64,000 nt of DNA, taken from contig JAWKSQ010000002.1 of assembly GCA_041389045.1 (NCBI GenBank), forward strand, positions 23,898 through 87,897, read 5' to 3'. Made by a program: the position numbers and the translations under genes. How positions within the stretch are numbered: position 1 is the first letter of the stretch; every line of letters starts with the position of its first letter. The notes below the pieces were generated by a model. The model saw only the letters and a program-made list of their open reading frames with translations. It was not told the origin of the DNA and ran no database searches. The DNA is from Minisyncoccota bacterium (GTDB lineage: Bacteria > Patescibacteriota > Minisyncoccia > Phycocordibacterales > UBA918). This document shows, piece after piece, positions 1 through 8,775 of this stretch.

Positions 1-389
1 CCGGCAGCCAATGCTTCAGTTAGAGTACGAGGTGTAATCTGCCACGACACTCCCCACTTGTCCTTACACCAGCCACACTCACTTTCTTCTCCCCCATTTT
101 GCACAATGGCGTTCCAATAGCGATCAGTTTCCTCCTGATCATCGGTAGCAATTTGAAATGAAAAGGCCTCACTTTGTTTGAAGACAGGACCGCCATTAAG
201 TCCCAGACACGGAACCCCGCAAACAGTGAACTCAACTGTTAAAACATCTCCTTTCTTTCCACCAGGAAAATCGCTTGGGGCATGGAAAATATTTGTTACT
301 TTGCTGTCCGGAAATGTCTCAGCATAAAACTGGGCTGCATTTTCTGCATCATTGGTAAACCAAAGACAGATGGTATTTTTTGCTATCAT
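1..389 (-). CDS. VOC/PhnB-like protein (3-demethylubiquinone-9 3-methyltransferase-domain type), C-terminus cut by window edge
   Basis: Hand translation from ATG at 389-387: MIAKNTICLWFTNDAENAAQFYAETFPDSKV...NGGEESECGWCKDKWGVSWQITP. The frame is open to position 1. It is absent from the ORF track because there is no stop inside the window. The motif CGWxKDKxGxSWQ is recalled from PhnB-type proteins. Confidence 0.65.
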   Translation of the reverse strand, partial: MIAKNTICLWFTNDAENAAQFYAETFPDSKVTNIFHAPSDFPGGKKGDVLTVEFTVCGVPCLGLNGGPVFKQSEAFSFQIATDDQEETDRYWNAIVQNGGEESECGWCKDKWGVSWQITPRTLTEALAA

Positions 390-511
390 AGTTTATTCAT
401 TTTATACCCCAGATAAATGATTGCAAACGCACAGTATGTGTCTGCGGACTTTTTACTTTAGTGAAAAAGCTTTTATCTAGCTAGTGTCCTGGACGATACC
501 AGCTTGGTCAG

Positions 512-1072
512 CTAATCATTACTAGCGAATTCATCTTCTGCTGGTCTTACCATCTCAATAACAGGTAGTGTTCCTTTATATGGTTCAATTTCTGTGTCTG
601 TTTTCTTAAAACCATATTTTTCATAGAAACCAATTGCGGAACTATTAAAACCAAAAGCTTCCAAGCGGGAATACTTATTCTTATCTGACCAAGCCAAAAA
701 TTCCTCCATCAGCTTACTACCAGTACCTGAACCTTTAGCTTCATTTAGTAAATATATTGCTTCTAGTTCATTATGACTTTCTTGTTTAGAGCCATGTAAA
801 AAACCTACTATATCTCCATTTTCATTCTTTACTACTCTATAAAGAACGTTTTCGGGATTACTTAATGCTTCCTGAATAATCTTTTTTCTAAAGTCAGTAT
901 TAGTTAACATTGAACCTTTCATTTCATCAACCATCTCATTAGTAAGCCCTGACTCGGGGACGACATATGTTTCTTTCCAGGCCTGTATATGCATGGTAGC
1001 TAAAGCCAGCTCCTCCCCTTCAGTAGGTAGCTCAATTCTGAACACAGGAGCCTTTTCTGCGTAATTTTCCAT
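512..1072 (-). CDS. GNAT family N-acetyltransferase
   Basis: 186-aa ORF with an acetyl-CoA binding-like segment (IYLLNEAKGSGTGSKLMEEF...FYEKYGFKK). Confidence 0.8.
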   Translation of the reverse strand: MENYAEKAPVFRIELPTEGEELALATMHIQAWKETYVVPESGLTNEMVDEMKGSMLTNTDFRKKIIQEALSNPENVLYRVVKNENGDIVGFLHGSKQESHNELEAIYLLNEAKGSGTGSKLMEEFLAWSDKNKYSRLEAFGFNSSAIGFYEKYGFKKTDTEIEPYKGTLPVIEMVRPAEDEFASND

Positions 1073-1171
1073 TGATTAATTATAGCAAAATTCTGCCGTC
1101 CCTGTTTTGTATATTTTTTGGTGTTGAAAATAAACTTCAAAACCATGAATGCCAGTTAAAAACGGAAACTT

Positions 1172-1501
1172 TTATTGTCTAATTTGCCTAAACCATTCTA
1201 ATAATTCTCTATCTTCTGAAGTTAAGCCAAGTTCTCCAATAAGAACACTTTTTTCTAATTCGTGTCCTTGCTTAATAAGATCGTCTGCTTTTAAAATATT
1301 TCTGTTCTTATTTTCCAAATAGTCTATAAGTTGGCCAATCAAAAAGTGCTTTTGTGAGTGTTGCTTATCAAAAATATTATTAATATGCATCTTAACTTCT
1401 CTACTAATATTATTTAAATCAAGTAGTAAACTTAAACCTACAACTTTAAGTTCATCTAAACTATTATCCATCACTTCATTACCTGGTGTTTTTTCATTCA
1501 T
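1172..1501 (-). CDS. hypothetical protein
   Basis: 109-aa ORF that is very AT-rich. No motif recognised. Confidence 0.5.
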   Translation of the reverse strand: MNEKTPGNEVMDNSLDELKVVGLSLLLDLNNISREVKMHINNIFDKQHSQKHFLIGQLIDYLENKNRNILKADDLIKQGHELEKSVLIGELGLTSEDRELLEWFRQIRQ

Positions 1502-1666
1502 AAAATAATTATAGCAAAAGTCCTGTTTGTAGTTATCAAAATCTTATCTAAATGACTTGCCCTCAGAACTTCTTGATTGAAACGACGATTTTAGCTTCTA
1601 GCAATATCTCACATTACGGATAACTGTTAGTTTCTTGATATATTCCACTTATTTGCTAGAGTAATA

Positions 1667-1927
1667 AAGGACAGGTTTCTAGGGCTCCGGATTGAGCACT
1701 TTGGCCAACCTTTCGAGGTTGATAAACGCTATGAACATTGGTTGCAACGGCAGTTGTGACAAACTAAGGGCTCTGAGCCTTGCAATGCATAGTATGTGAA
1801 CACAGTGTTTTAAGTTTGCGAGTCAGAGGTGTTGCAATACCAAAGACTTTGCTCGAAAGAGACGCTCCCCACTGCGACCTGTCCACGAATCCCGTGCCTT
1901 GCCAAGTTTTTGGCAAGGCACTTTTTT
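1667..1927 (+). ncRNA. candidate structured ncRNA of unknown class (about 260 nt)
   Basis: There is no plus-strand ORF here. A possible promoter is TTGATA(1635)-N16-TAGAGT. A closing stem pairs GGACAGGT (1670s) with ACCTGTCC (1880s). A UUCG-loop hairpin CAACCT-TTCG-AGGTTG lies near 1708-1723. A strong intrinsic terminator follows at 1894-1927. Confidence 0.3.
1894..1927 (+). terminator. rho-independent terminator
   Basis: GTGCCTTGCC-AAGTTTTT-GGCAAGGCAC followed by TTTTTT. Confidence 0.8.
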
Positions 1928-2039
1928 CTATATAAATATTGGTTGACTGTCTGGGACGATGTTCGAACTTTTTGATACAAAAACAGCCCGCCGAAACAAG
2001 TCATTAGACCGTTCTTGCGAGCTGTTGCTCAAGCTGTGC

Positions 2040-2390
2040 CTATGTCACAGCAATGGGTGGCGAGCAGTGCTTCTGCGACCACTCAAGCATCCCTAGGCAG
2101 ATGATCGTCCCGAGAATCAAGCCCAGGTTAATCAAAACCTGCCCCGTGAGACAGGCCGCTATGAAGTACACCACGATGAGGAACGTCGCCGGACCCTTGA
2201 ACATCTTCTTCGGCGGCCGACTGATTTGCGCGATCACCACGGCTATGCGGAGGAAGAGGCCTCCGAAGATAGACATGATGAACAACACAGCTACCCACTC
2301 GACTCCAAGGTTGAAGAAAGCCACTGCAAGATGCAGGATGATGATGGGGACACCGAGCCACAGGCTCAGAAGTTTCAAATAGCGCGGCAT
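2040..2390 (-). CDS. small multi-pass membrane protein, G+C-rich orphan
   Basis: 116 aa with about 4 hydrophobic helices. AAGGAGG lies 8 nt upstream of the ATG. A hand-counted line is about 57% G+C versus about 28-40% nearby. The overlapping ORFs 2053-2382, 2128-2361 and 2226-2462 are treated as shadows. Confidence 0.6.
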   Translation of the reverse strand: MPRYLKLLSLWLGVPIIILHLAVAFFNLGVEWVAVLFIMSIFGGLFLRIAVVIAQISRPPKKMFKGPATFLIVVYFIAACLTGQVLINLGLILGTIICLGMLEWSQKHCSPPIAVT

Positions 2391-2655
2391 AGTTGCGCCC
2401 TCCTTTCTATTTATATTATATCACAATCAATATTAAAAGTCAATATTTTACTTACAATCTAGGTCGATGTTCAAATTTTTACAAGTTAAAACTACTAAAA
2501 TAACCTCTTACCCTTGTGACTGATGAGTTCTAAACTTATTGACATATTGTCTAAAAATTGTATAGCAATATAGTTCTTCAAATTTGTTTCCCTTACTCAG
2601 GAGTCCGCTATGAACGCAACAGTCCCCCAGACTGTTGCTGATCTAGCTCTAAAGC

Positions 2656-2680
2656 AAAAATCCCCTATTCGGGGATTTTA
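2656..2680. terminator. bidirectional hairpin terminator (terminates tRNA-Gln on the minus strand)
   Basis: AAAAATCCCC-TATTC-GGGGATTTT, with T/A runs on both sides. Confidence 0.7.
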
Positions 2681-2690
2681 TGCTAGAAGG

Positions 2691-2760
2691 CTGCCGATCA
2701 AGACTCGAACCCCAATAGCTGGTACCAGAAACCAGAGTCCTACCATTAGACGAATCGGCA
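2691..2760 (-). tRNA. tRNA-Gln(CTG), T arm 1 nt short
   Basis: Minus strand reads TGCCGAT TC GTCT AATGGTA GGAC T CTGGT TTCTGGT ACCAG CTAT ..GGGGTTCGAGTCTTG ATCGGCA G. The acceptor, D and anticodon arms are canonical. The T arm is imperfect, which could reflect an indel error or degeneration. Confidence 0.55.
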
Positions 2761-2870
2761 ATATTGAATTTTAATTTTGAACGTATGGGTTCGGTCCCTT
2801 GGACTCAAATTCTGGATTCTGTACAGGTTGTCAGTACTTTATTTCCTTTCGTCATAAAATGCTAGACAAC

Positions 2871-2973
2871 CTTCTTCGGCAGTCTACCAGACTGTCGAAG
2901 CCCAATAACTGGTACTAGGTAAAAAGATATGGGATATCTTTTCACGGGTTCAACCATTAGACGAATCGGCAAT
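2871..2973 (-). pseudogene. degenerate tRNA-Gln-like copy (5' half plus inserted hairpin)
   Basis: A 21-nt exact repeat ACCATTAGACGAATCGGCAAT occurs at 2742-2762 and 2953-2973. The anticodon region is replaced by 38 nt containing the hairpin AAAAGATAT-CCC-ATATCTTTT. The T-arm region is diverged. Confidence 0.5.
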
Positions 2974-3134
2974 GTTTTACTCTATTTCACTCTTCAACAA
3001 CATTATGTTGTGGCAGTATATTGCCATATTCAGAGAAAGATGGGAAGTTCTTGCACACCAGATAACTAGATTGACTTCTTGTTTTCAGTCTATATATTTC
3101 TCACTGGCCGTACCCGTCAACCAACCAGGAGAAA

Positions 3135-3329
3135 GTGATGACGAAATCCAAAAACAGAATAAAGACTCAGGGGAAGAATAAGCCTTGGAATCAGATTTCC
3201 AATCCGAACAATCTGACTCCACCGGCCAATACACACAGGTCTGACTGCAACTGCGTCACCTGCCTGATTGCCAAGGGTGATCAAGAAAACCATCAACGCA
3301 AGGTCTACGGTACTCGGTTCTACCGCTGA
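3135..3329 (+). CDS. small basic hypothetical protein (64 aa, CxCxxC)
   Basis: A promoter-like TTGACT(3071)...TATATT is followed by AGGAGA 5 nt before ATG 3138 and a terminator 20 nt after the stop. The competing minus-strand ORF 3117-3353 would start inside the terminator hairpin. Confidence 0.4.
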   Translation: MMTKSKNRIKTQGKNKPWNQISNPNNLTPPANTHRSDCNCVTCLIAKGDQENHQRKVYGTRFYR

Positions 3330-3351
3330 GTTGGCAACCAGGACTTCTGGC

Positions 3352-3379
3352 AAGGCGACATCAGTCGCCTTTTCTTTTT
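3352..3379 (+). terminator. rho-independent terminator
   Basis: AAGGCGAC-ATCA-GTCGCCTT followed by TTCTTTTT. Confidence 0.75.
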
Positions 3380-3388
3380 ATAAAATAA

Positions 3389-3988
3389 CTACTTCACCCG
3401 GCTCCAGCCACAAATATTCTGGCCGGGGCTAAAATGAAGGTGGGTGATACCGGCATTGCGGATCATCAACATGCGAATGAAACTAAACGGCGCACTGAGA
3501 AACCGCATCTTCTCTTCTCGACAGAGATGGTCGATAAAAATATTAGTGAAGACAGCGTGAGACACGACCACCACTCTGGCATCAGACGGAAAAGACTCTA
3601 GGTATTCTCGAGCTCTTTTTACTCGAGCTAAAAAGTCAGCATATGACTCCCCACCGGGTAGTTCTTTTCTAAAGAACCACTCAAAGAGATAGCGGAGGGT
3701 AGTAAAACTTAAGTAACGACTGCCAATCAACCAGTCAGGACGCACTAACTCAGCAAAGTCCGCATTAGTGTCCGGGATCACAGCGTACTCGCTAGTGATG
3801 ATCCTGGTTGATTCGATTGCTCTTAGCTGGGTACTACTAATGAGATGAGTCGGTTTTAATCTAGCTATTTCCTTGGCAATTAAAGACACCTGGTGTTCCC
3901 CCACGAAATTAAGTGGCGTGTCAGGGTGCTGATGTCGTCTGGCCACATTACCGTTGGTTTGACCGTGTCTGACAAAATAAACTTCCAT
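3389..3988 (-). CDS. histidine phosphatase family protein (phosphoglycerate mutase-like)
   Basis: N-terminal RHG motif (MEVYFVRHGQTNGN) and a distal VSHAVF histidine. Confidence 0.8.
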   Translation of the reverse strand: MEVYFVRHGQTNGNVARRHQHPDTPLNFVGEHQVSLIAKEIARLKPTHLISSTQLRAIESTRIITSEYAVIPDTNADFAELVRPDWLIGSRYLSFTTLRYLFEWFFRKELPGGESYADFLARVKRAREYLESFPSDARVVVVSHAVFTNIFIDHLCREEKMRFLSAPFSFIRMLMIRNAGITHLHFSPGQNICGWSRVK

Positions 3989-3990
3989 AA

Positions 3991-5028
3991 CTACGCTTTA
4001 GTCGTTACCTCTACTACCGCAATCTCAAGTGGCAGATGTGGTAAGGGAGAGAAATTCACTTCTTGGGTAGCACTAAGGAAACGTAAAAGCATATGAGAAT
4101 TTACCGGTGAAGCTTTGGCAGTAGCAATTTCACCTAAAGCTTCCCTAGCCTTCTCAGAAAAAGCTGAAAGTATCTGTTCGGATTGACCTGGTTGATGTCG
4201 ACAAAGCATAACGGCGCGAAGATTTTCCAGAAGCAAGCGCGCAAATAATTTCATGTCGACATGAAGTTCTACGGCTGAGTTAATAGCACTAAGAGCTTTG
4301 TCGGTATCAAGGGTATGAAGGGCTTTAACTAAAGCCAGTAGCACTTCAGTTTTGGGGGCACCAATAATACTAGCTACTTCGTCAGCACTACCAATCTTGT
4401 CACCAGAGGCCAAGATGACTTTCTGGGTAATACCAAGAGCATCACGAAACGAACCGTTAGCGGCTACCGCCACCAAATCGGCGGCGTCAGGCTCGAGTGT
4501 AAAGCCTTCTTGCTTGGCCACATCCACCACCGTTTCTGCCAAAACGGCACGTGACGGGGAACGAAAACGAAAGACCTGACAGCGAGACAAAATAGTATCA
4601 AGAATTTTTTCTTCTTCAGTGGTAGCCAGAATAAAGATAACGTGCGCTGGGGGTTCTTCTAGAGTCTTGAGTAAAGCATTAAAAGCCTCCTTAGTTAGCA
4701 TGTGCACCTCATCCACTATATAGACCTTATATTTTGATTCGTAAGGGACAGTATGAACCGCCTCTTTCAGTTCACGAATATCATCAATGCCACGATTACT
4801 GGCGGCGTCGATTTCATAAAGGTCGACATTACTAGTACCAATTTCTTTAGCAAAGATTCTTGCCAAAGTAGTCTTACCAGTACCTCTACTACCAGAAAAA
4901 AGTAAGGCGTGTGGAATATCACCTTTTTTAATAGCTCCTTCGAGCACCTTTACCACTTGATCTTGGTCTCTTACTTCCGCAAACGTTAGCGGTCGATATT
5001 TTCGATATAAAGCTGCATGTTCTGTCAT
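3991..5028 (-). CDS. dnaX: DNA polymerase III subunit gamma/tau (short form)
   Basis: Walker A GSRGTGKTT, a DEVHML box, SRCQVFRF, and typical clamp-loader order. Confidence 0.9.
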   Translation of the reverse strand: MTEHAALYRKYRPLTFAEVRDQDQVVKVLEGAIKKGDIPHALLFSGSRGTGKTTLARIFAKEIGTSNVDLYEIDAASNRGIDDIRELKEAVHTVPYESKYKVYIVDEVHMLTKEAFNALLKTLEEPPAHVIFILATTEEEKILDTILSRCQVFRFRSPSRAVLAETVVDVAKQEGFTLEPDAADLVAVAANGSFRDALGITQKVILASGDKIGSADEVASIIGAPKTEVLLALVKALHTLDTDKALSAINSAVELHVDMKLFARLLLENLRAVMLCRHQPGQSEQILSAFSEKAREALGEIATAKASPVNSHMLLRFLSATQEVNFSPLPHLPLEIAVVEVTTKA

Positions 5029-5045
5029 AAGGTCAGTATACCAGA

Positions 5046-5903
5046 TTATTCAAAATGGACTGAATCACGAACAAAATCCCGCAAATTCGCTGTATCTGTC
5101 ACCAAGTCCTTACTACCAAGAATGATATAACCAATGACTTTTTCTTTTCCGTCAATTTCCTCCGAGAATAAAACGGCAGCTGTTTTGCCAGCGGCTTCTG
5201 TAAAGCCGTGTTTACCACCAAGATAATCGGCTTGCCAGACCGGACTATTGTTAGCCCAACCGACGTACTCACCCATCTTCTTAGACAGACGTGAAATATC
5301 AAAAATATGTGGCTCGTCTCTATTTAGATCAGAAACAATTTTAACCAAATCATTAGCTGTCGAAACATTACTGTCTGACAAACCCGAAGCATCGGCAAAA
5401 TGGGTGTTCTCCGCTCCCATGTCTGCCACTAGACGATTCATCAGTGTAACTACTTCACCACCAGTTCTCCGTTCGTAGACAGCCGCAGCGTCATTGGAAG
5501 ATTCTAGTAACAGTGGGAACAACAAATCATAATTGGTGTAAATATCTCCTACCTGCAATCGACCTGCTCGACCATAAGCATCTACATCCGACACACTAAC
5601 GGTGGCTTTTTCTTCTAGAGGTAGATTCCTTAACACAGCCGTTGCAGTGACAAGCTTGGTCACCGAGGCAATGGGCAAAACAGTCTCAGCCTCTTTAGAA
5701 ACCACTACCGCTCCCGAGGTAACATCAAAGATGGCGTAGGCCTTAGCAGACAGGGCCGGCAGTAACCCTTCGTAATATAAAGACACTGGTTTAGCTTCTG
5801 CTAATTCAATACTACTTTGATCGGTAGTAGAAAGAAAAACCGAAAAGACCAACAAAAATAAAACTCCGACAATGGCATGAACAGCAGATAAACGCATACC
5901 CAT
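5046..5903 (-). CDS. serine-type D-Ala-D-Ala carboxypeptidase (S11/PBP5-like)
   Basis: N-terminal TM segment, SxxK (ASVTK), SxN (SSN), and a KT(A/G)-like GKTA. Confidence 0.8.
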   Translation of the reverse strand: MGMRLSAVHAIVGVLFLLVFSVFLSTTDQSSIELAEAKPVSLYYEGLLPALSAKAYAIFDVTSGAVVVSKEAETVLPIASVTKLVTATAVLRNLPLEEKATVSVSDVDAYGRAGRLQVGDIYTNYDLLFPLLLESSNDAAAVYERRTGGEVVTLMNRLVADMGAENTHFADASGLSDSNVSTANDLVKIVSDLNRDEPHIFDISRLSKKMGEYVGWANNSPVWQADYLGGKHGFTEAAGKTAAVLFSEEIDGKEKVIGYIILGSKDLVTDTANLRDFVRDSVHFE

Positions 5904-5929
5904 TATAGTAACTCTTAATTGCAGTAGCT

Positions 5930-5971
5930 AAAACAAAAACCGTGGGGAGTACTCCCCACGGTTTTTGTTTT
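5930..5971. terminator. bidirectional hairpin terminator
   Basis: AAAACAAAAACCGTGGGGA-GTA-CTCCCCACGGTTTTTGTTTT. Confidence 0.8.
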
Positions 5972-5981
5972 GATATCTAGA

Positions 5982-6386
5982 TTACTTCTTAGCTACCTTC
6001 TTTACAGCTTTCTTAACTGCCTTTTTGGCGGCCTTTTTCTTTGGCGCAGCAGTTTTTACAATACCACCCCAATGATCTTTCATTTCCTTCTTGAAAGCTG
6101 AAAGTTCATTCTTAGAAGCACTTTTAGCTCCTTGGTAAGTTGTCACTACTGAATCGACTAACTGTTCATATTCTTCCTTAGTCATACCCTGGGCTTTTTC
6201 CAAACCTTCTAGCACTTCCGCTTTAGCCTTCAGAGCCCAACTCTTAACTAGCTTACGATTCTTAGCGGCATTCTTACTACCATACAAAAAATATCCTCCC
6301 GCCATAGCCGCTACTGCTGCCGTAATGCCGACCCCAAGACCAATTGCTTGTTTATTCGAAATCTCCACCTTCTTTTTTGCTGCCAT
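5982..6386 (-). CDS. membrane-anchored protein with lysine-rich tail
   Basis: The likely start is MAAKKK, the 24th codon of ORF 5982-6455. It has one TM segment (IGLGVGITAAVAAMAGGYFLY) and a C-terminal KKAAKKAVKKAVKKVAKK. Confidence 0.6.
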   Translation of the reverse strand: MAAKKKVEISNKQAIGLGVGITAAVAAMAGGYFLYGSKNAAKNRKLVKSWALKAKAEVLEGLEKAQGMTKEEYEQLVDSVVTTYQGAKSASKNELSAFKKEMKDHWGGIVKTAAPKKKAAKKAVKKAVKKVAKK

Positions 6387-6690
6387 ATAATTTATTTTTA
6401 CGATTAATAACTTTTTTTGATCGCTTTTGCTCGGCAAAAGGATTTGTTCCACCAAAGAAAAGACCTATGATTCGAGTAAAAATGCCTGCGCCATTTGCAA
6501 CCATTTCTCTCACATGCGCCAAATCTTCTGCCAAAACCTCACTCCCCTCTTCTAATTTAGTCAAAATAGCCCGAACTGATTTCATTGCTTTAATGAAATG
6601 ATAGAGAGCTATACAAACTAAAATCGAAAAACAAACGGTCGCAATGCTCGCAATGAAGAAAAATATATTCGCATGTAGAATCTCATTCAT
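6352..6690 (-). CDS. membrane-anchored hypothetical protein
   Basis: The likely start is MNEILHANIFFF. There is an N-terminal TM segment followed by a helical region. The 3' end overlaps the next gene by 35 nt, so a frameshift is possible. Confidence 0.5.
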   Translation of the reverse strand: MNEILHANIFFFIASIATVCFSILVCIALYHFIKAMKSVRAILTKLEEGSEVLAEDLAHVREMVANGAGIFTRIIGLFFGGTNPFAEQKRSKKVINRKNKLYGSKKEGGDFE

Positions 6691-6764
6691 CTGTATATAG
6701 TGTAACAACTATTTCATTTCATCCTAAAAACTTTGGTGGAAAACTAAATTATAAATCAAAGGTT

Positions 6765-7811
6765 CTAGCCATTAATACTACGTAGGAATTTTTCAGTTAC
6801 TGTTTCGATTTCAGCTGACGTGTTTTGCTCCATCAGCTCAGCTCGGAGTTCGTGTGCGCCAGAAAAATCTTTCACATACGCTTTATAGTGCTTTTTCATG
6901 ATGGAGAAATTCTTAAATGGTAGTAGCTCTTCAAAAAGTTTAGTGTGCTCAACCATCACTCTGAGCTTGTCCGTAAGCGGAATGGTCGCTACGTCTAACT
7001 CCGGATGAAACAACCAAGGATTACCGAAAATAGCTCGACCGAGCATAGCTCCGTCGGCGCCAGAGGCTAATACTTTCTCTTTGGCGTCTTTAAGTGACAG
7101 GACGTCACCGTTACCGAGAATACGCGTCTTAAGAATATCTTTGCCTTGCATTTCATTTCTTATCTCTACCGCTCTAGCCACCCTCTCCCACCGCGCTGGT
7201 ACTTTACTCATTTCCTTCCTAGTACGAGCATGGACCGTAATAGCCGCTGGTTCAGTCGCTAGTAAAGCTGGCAACCAAGTCTCCAGCTCATCACGATTGT
7301 AACCAAGTCTAGTTTTTACCGACACGGGAATACCGCCTATTTCTCCCATCTTGGCACCACGTTTGGCGGCCAAGATTATCTTAGTCGCTACTTCTGGATG
7401 TTTTATCATCGCTGAACCACAACCTTGCTTCTCAATTGACTTATCGGGACAACCCATATTGATATCCACCCCGTCAAAACCAAGTTCGAGACAAAGCCGA
7501 GAAGCTTGCTCCATATGTTCTTCGTTACTAGTGAAGAGTTGTGCCACTATCGGCCTTTCTTCTTCGGTATATTTTAGATCGGCCATGAGCTTCACTTTTC
7601 CTTCTGGAGTCGCCCGAACTAAACCGTCGGCTGAGACGAATTCAGTCCACATCACATCAGGACCACCAAAACTGCCATCACTCCTAATGTGAGCACTGTA
7701 CTTAGCAATCATTCGCCTAAATGGCGCGTCGGTCACATCTGCCATTGGAGCCAAGACGAAAAATGGGGCTGGAAGATTTTGCCAAAATGACATAGGGATT
7801 TGTTGTATCAC
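6765..7811 (-). CDS. dus: tRNA-dihydrouridine synthase
   Basis: Contains FVLAPMADVTDAPFRRM and NMGCPDK...GCGSAM, with a TIM-barrel Dus pattern. Confidence 0.9.
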   Translation of the reverse strand: MIQQIPMSFWQNLPAPFFVLAPMADVTDAPFRRMIAKYSAHIRSDGSFGGPDVMWTEFVSADGLVRATPEGKVKLMADLKYTEEERPIVAQLFTSNEEHMEQASRLCLELGFDGVDINMGCPDKSIEKQGCGSAMIKHPEVATKIILAAKRGAKMGEIGGIPVSVKTRLGYNRDELETWLPALLATEPAAITVHARTRKEMSKVPARWERVARAVEIRNEMQGKDILKTRILGNGDVLSLKDAKEKVLASGADGAMLGRAIFGNPWLFHPELDVATIPLTDKLRVMVEHTKLFEELLPFKNFSIMKKHYKAYVKDFSGAHELRAELMEQNTSAEIETVTEKFLRSING

Positions 7812-7831
7812 ACTTTAGGACGGGACAAAAG

Positions 7832-8737
7832 CTATTGCTGACTAGTCGAGGAAGCTACGTCAATATCTTCAACCATATCCGTACTAGTAGCTTGTTCATT
7901 TTCTACTACCTTAGGTTCAGAAATAGGTTCTTCATTAACAAAAACTTTGGTCCCAAACCGTAAATCAATATATTGAAAATTACCAGGCGCAAGGTGTTTA
8001 AACTCATCTGAATCTAAAAGTGTCTTCAGATATTTAAAAGTTTGCAGTGGTTCATCAGCCAAAGTTGCTTTCACTTCCCCGCCATCAGCTAAGGTATAAA
8101 AAACGTCACGAGCTGAATCAATTTCTACTTCACTCACATACCAATCCGAATCACTCAATAACTTTATAAAATCCCGGGTAGAAGTGTAATCAGTAGTTTC
8201 AAACGGACTGACGCCACGCTTGAGATCAGTGTCGAGTGCATAATATCTAAGCAAGCGATGACCAGACAACTTAGGAGCCGTCCCGAAAGCATACCCGTTT
8301 TCATCCAAGAATAAACAAGGTCCCTTTTCTGACTTGTCACACCACAGGGCATCGGGAAAATATTCATCAAAAGTAACCTGCATGGTCTGGTTACTCACCA
8401 TTTCGACTTGGACATTTTTTAGTCGTTCTAGTTCATACAGAGACTCAAGGATGTCTTCTTTTGGGTAAGTGAAAGAGAATCTCTTCGGTACTATACCTAA
8501 GTAAGTACCAGATAATTTATCGTTGATTTTACTATGGACAATTTCAGCACTAATGGTTTTACCACCCGAAACATTAATAGCACTAATGGTAAAGGTCTCA
8601 AGCCTAGTACCGTACCAAATACCAGTTAAAATCAAACCGACCACACAAAACAACAAAAAACCCATAATGAACTGTTTGACCAAAAGCACAGTCGCTGGGT
8701 TTACTTGTTTAAATCTTCGGTTGGGCCGGACTTTCAT
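7832..8737 (-). CDS. ftsQ: cell division protein FtsQ/DivIB-like
   Basis: N-terminal TM segment followed by a POTRA-like segment (ISAINVSGGKTISAEIV). The C-terminal tail is acidic. Confidence 0.55.
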   Translation of the reverse strand: MKVRPNRRFKQVNPATVLLVKQFIMGFLLFCVVGLILTGIWYGTRLETFTISAINVSGGKTISAEIVHSKINDKLSGTYLGIVPKRFSFTYPKEDILESLYELERLKNVQVEMVSNQTMQVTFDEYFPDALWCDKSEKGPCLFLDENGYAFGTAPKLSGHRLLRYYALDTDLKRGVSPFETTDYTSTRDFIKLLSDSDWYVSEVEIDSARDVFYTLADGGEVKATLADEPLQTFKYLKTLLDSDEFKHLAPGNFQYIDLRFGTKVFVNEEPISEPKVVENEQATSTDMVEDIDVASSTSQQ

Positions 8738-8775
8738 TTGTGAGTAATGTTACCACGCATTACCCACCAGAGAAA

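Noticed and set aside
2053-2462. Three extra ORFs (2053-2382 on the plus strand, 2128-2361 on the minus strand, 2226-2462 on the plus strand) overlap the 2040-2390 gene.
   Set aside because: These are typical shadow ORFs of a G+C-rich segment. Only 2040-2390 has an AAGGAGG RBS and a coherent TM-helix pattern.
2610-2774. A 54-codon plus-strand ORF with a good AGGAG RBS (MNATVPQTVADLALKQK...), downstream of a TTGACA-N16-TATAGC box.
   Set aside because: The ORF reads straight through the bidirectional terminator (2656-2680) and then antisense through tRNA-Gln. A short (~110 nt) transcript or leader remains possible, but I cannot support it as a CDS.
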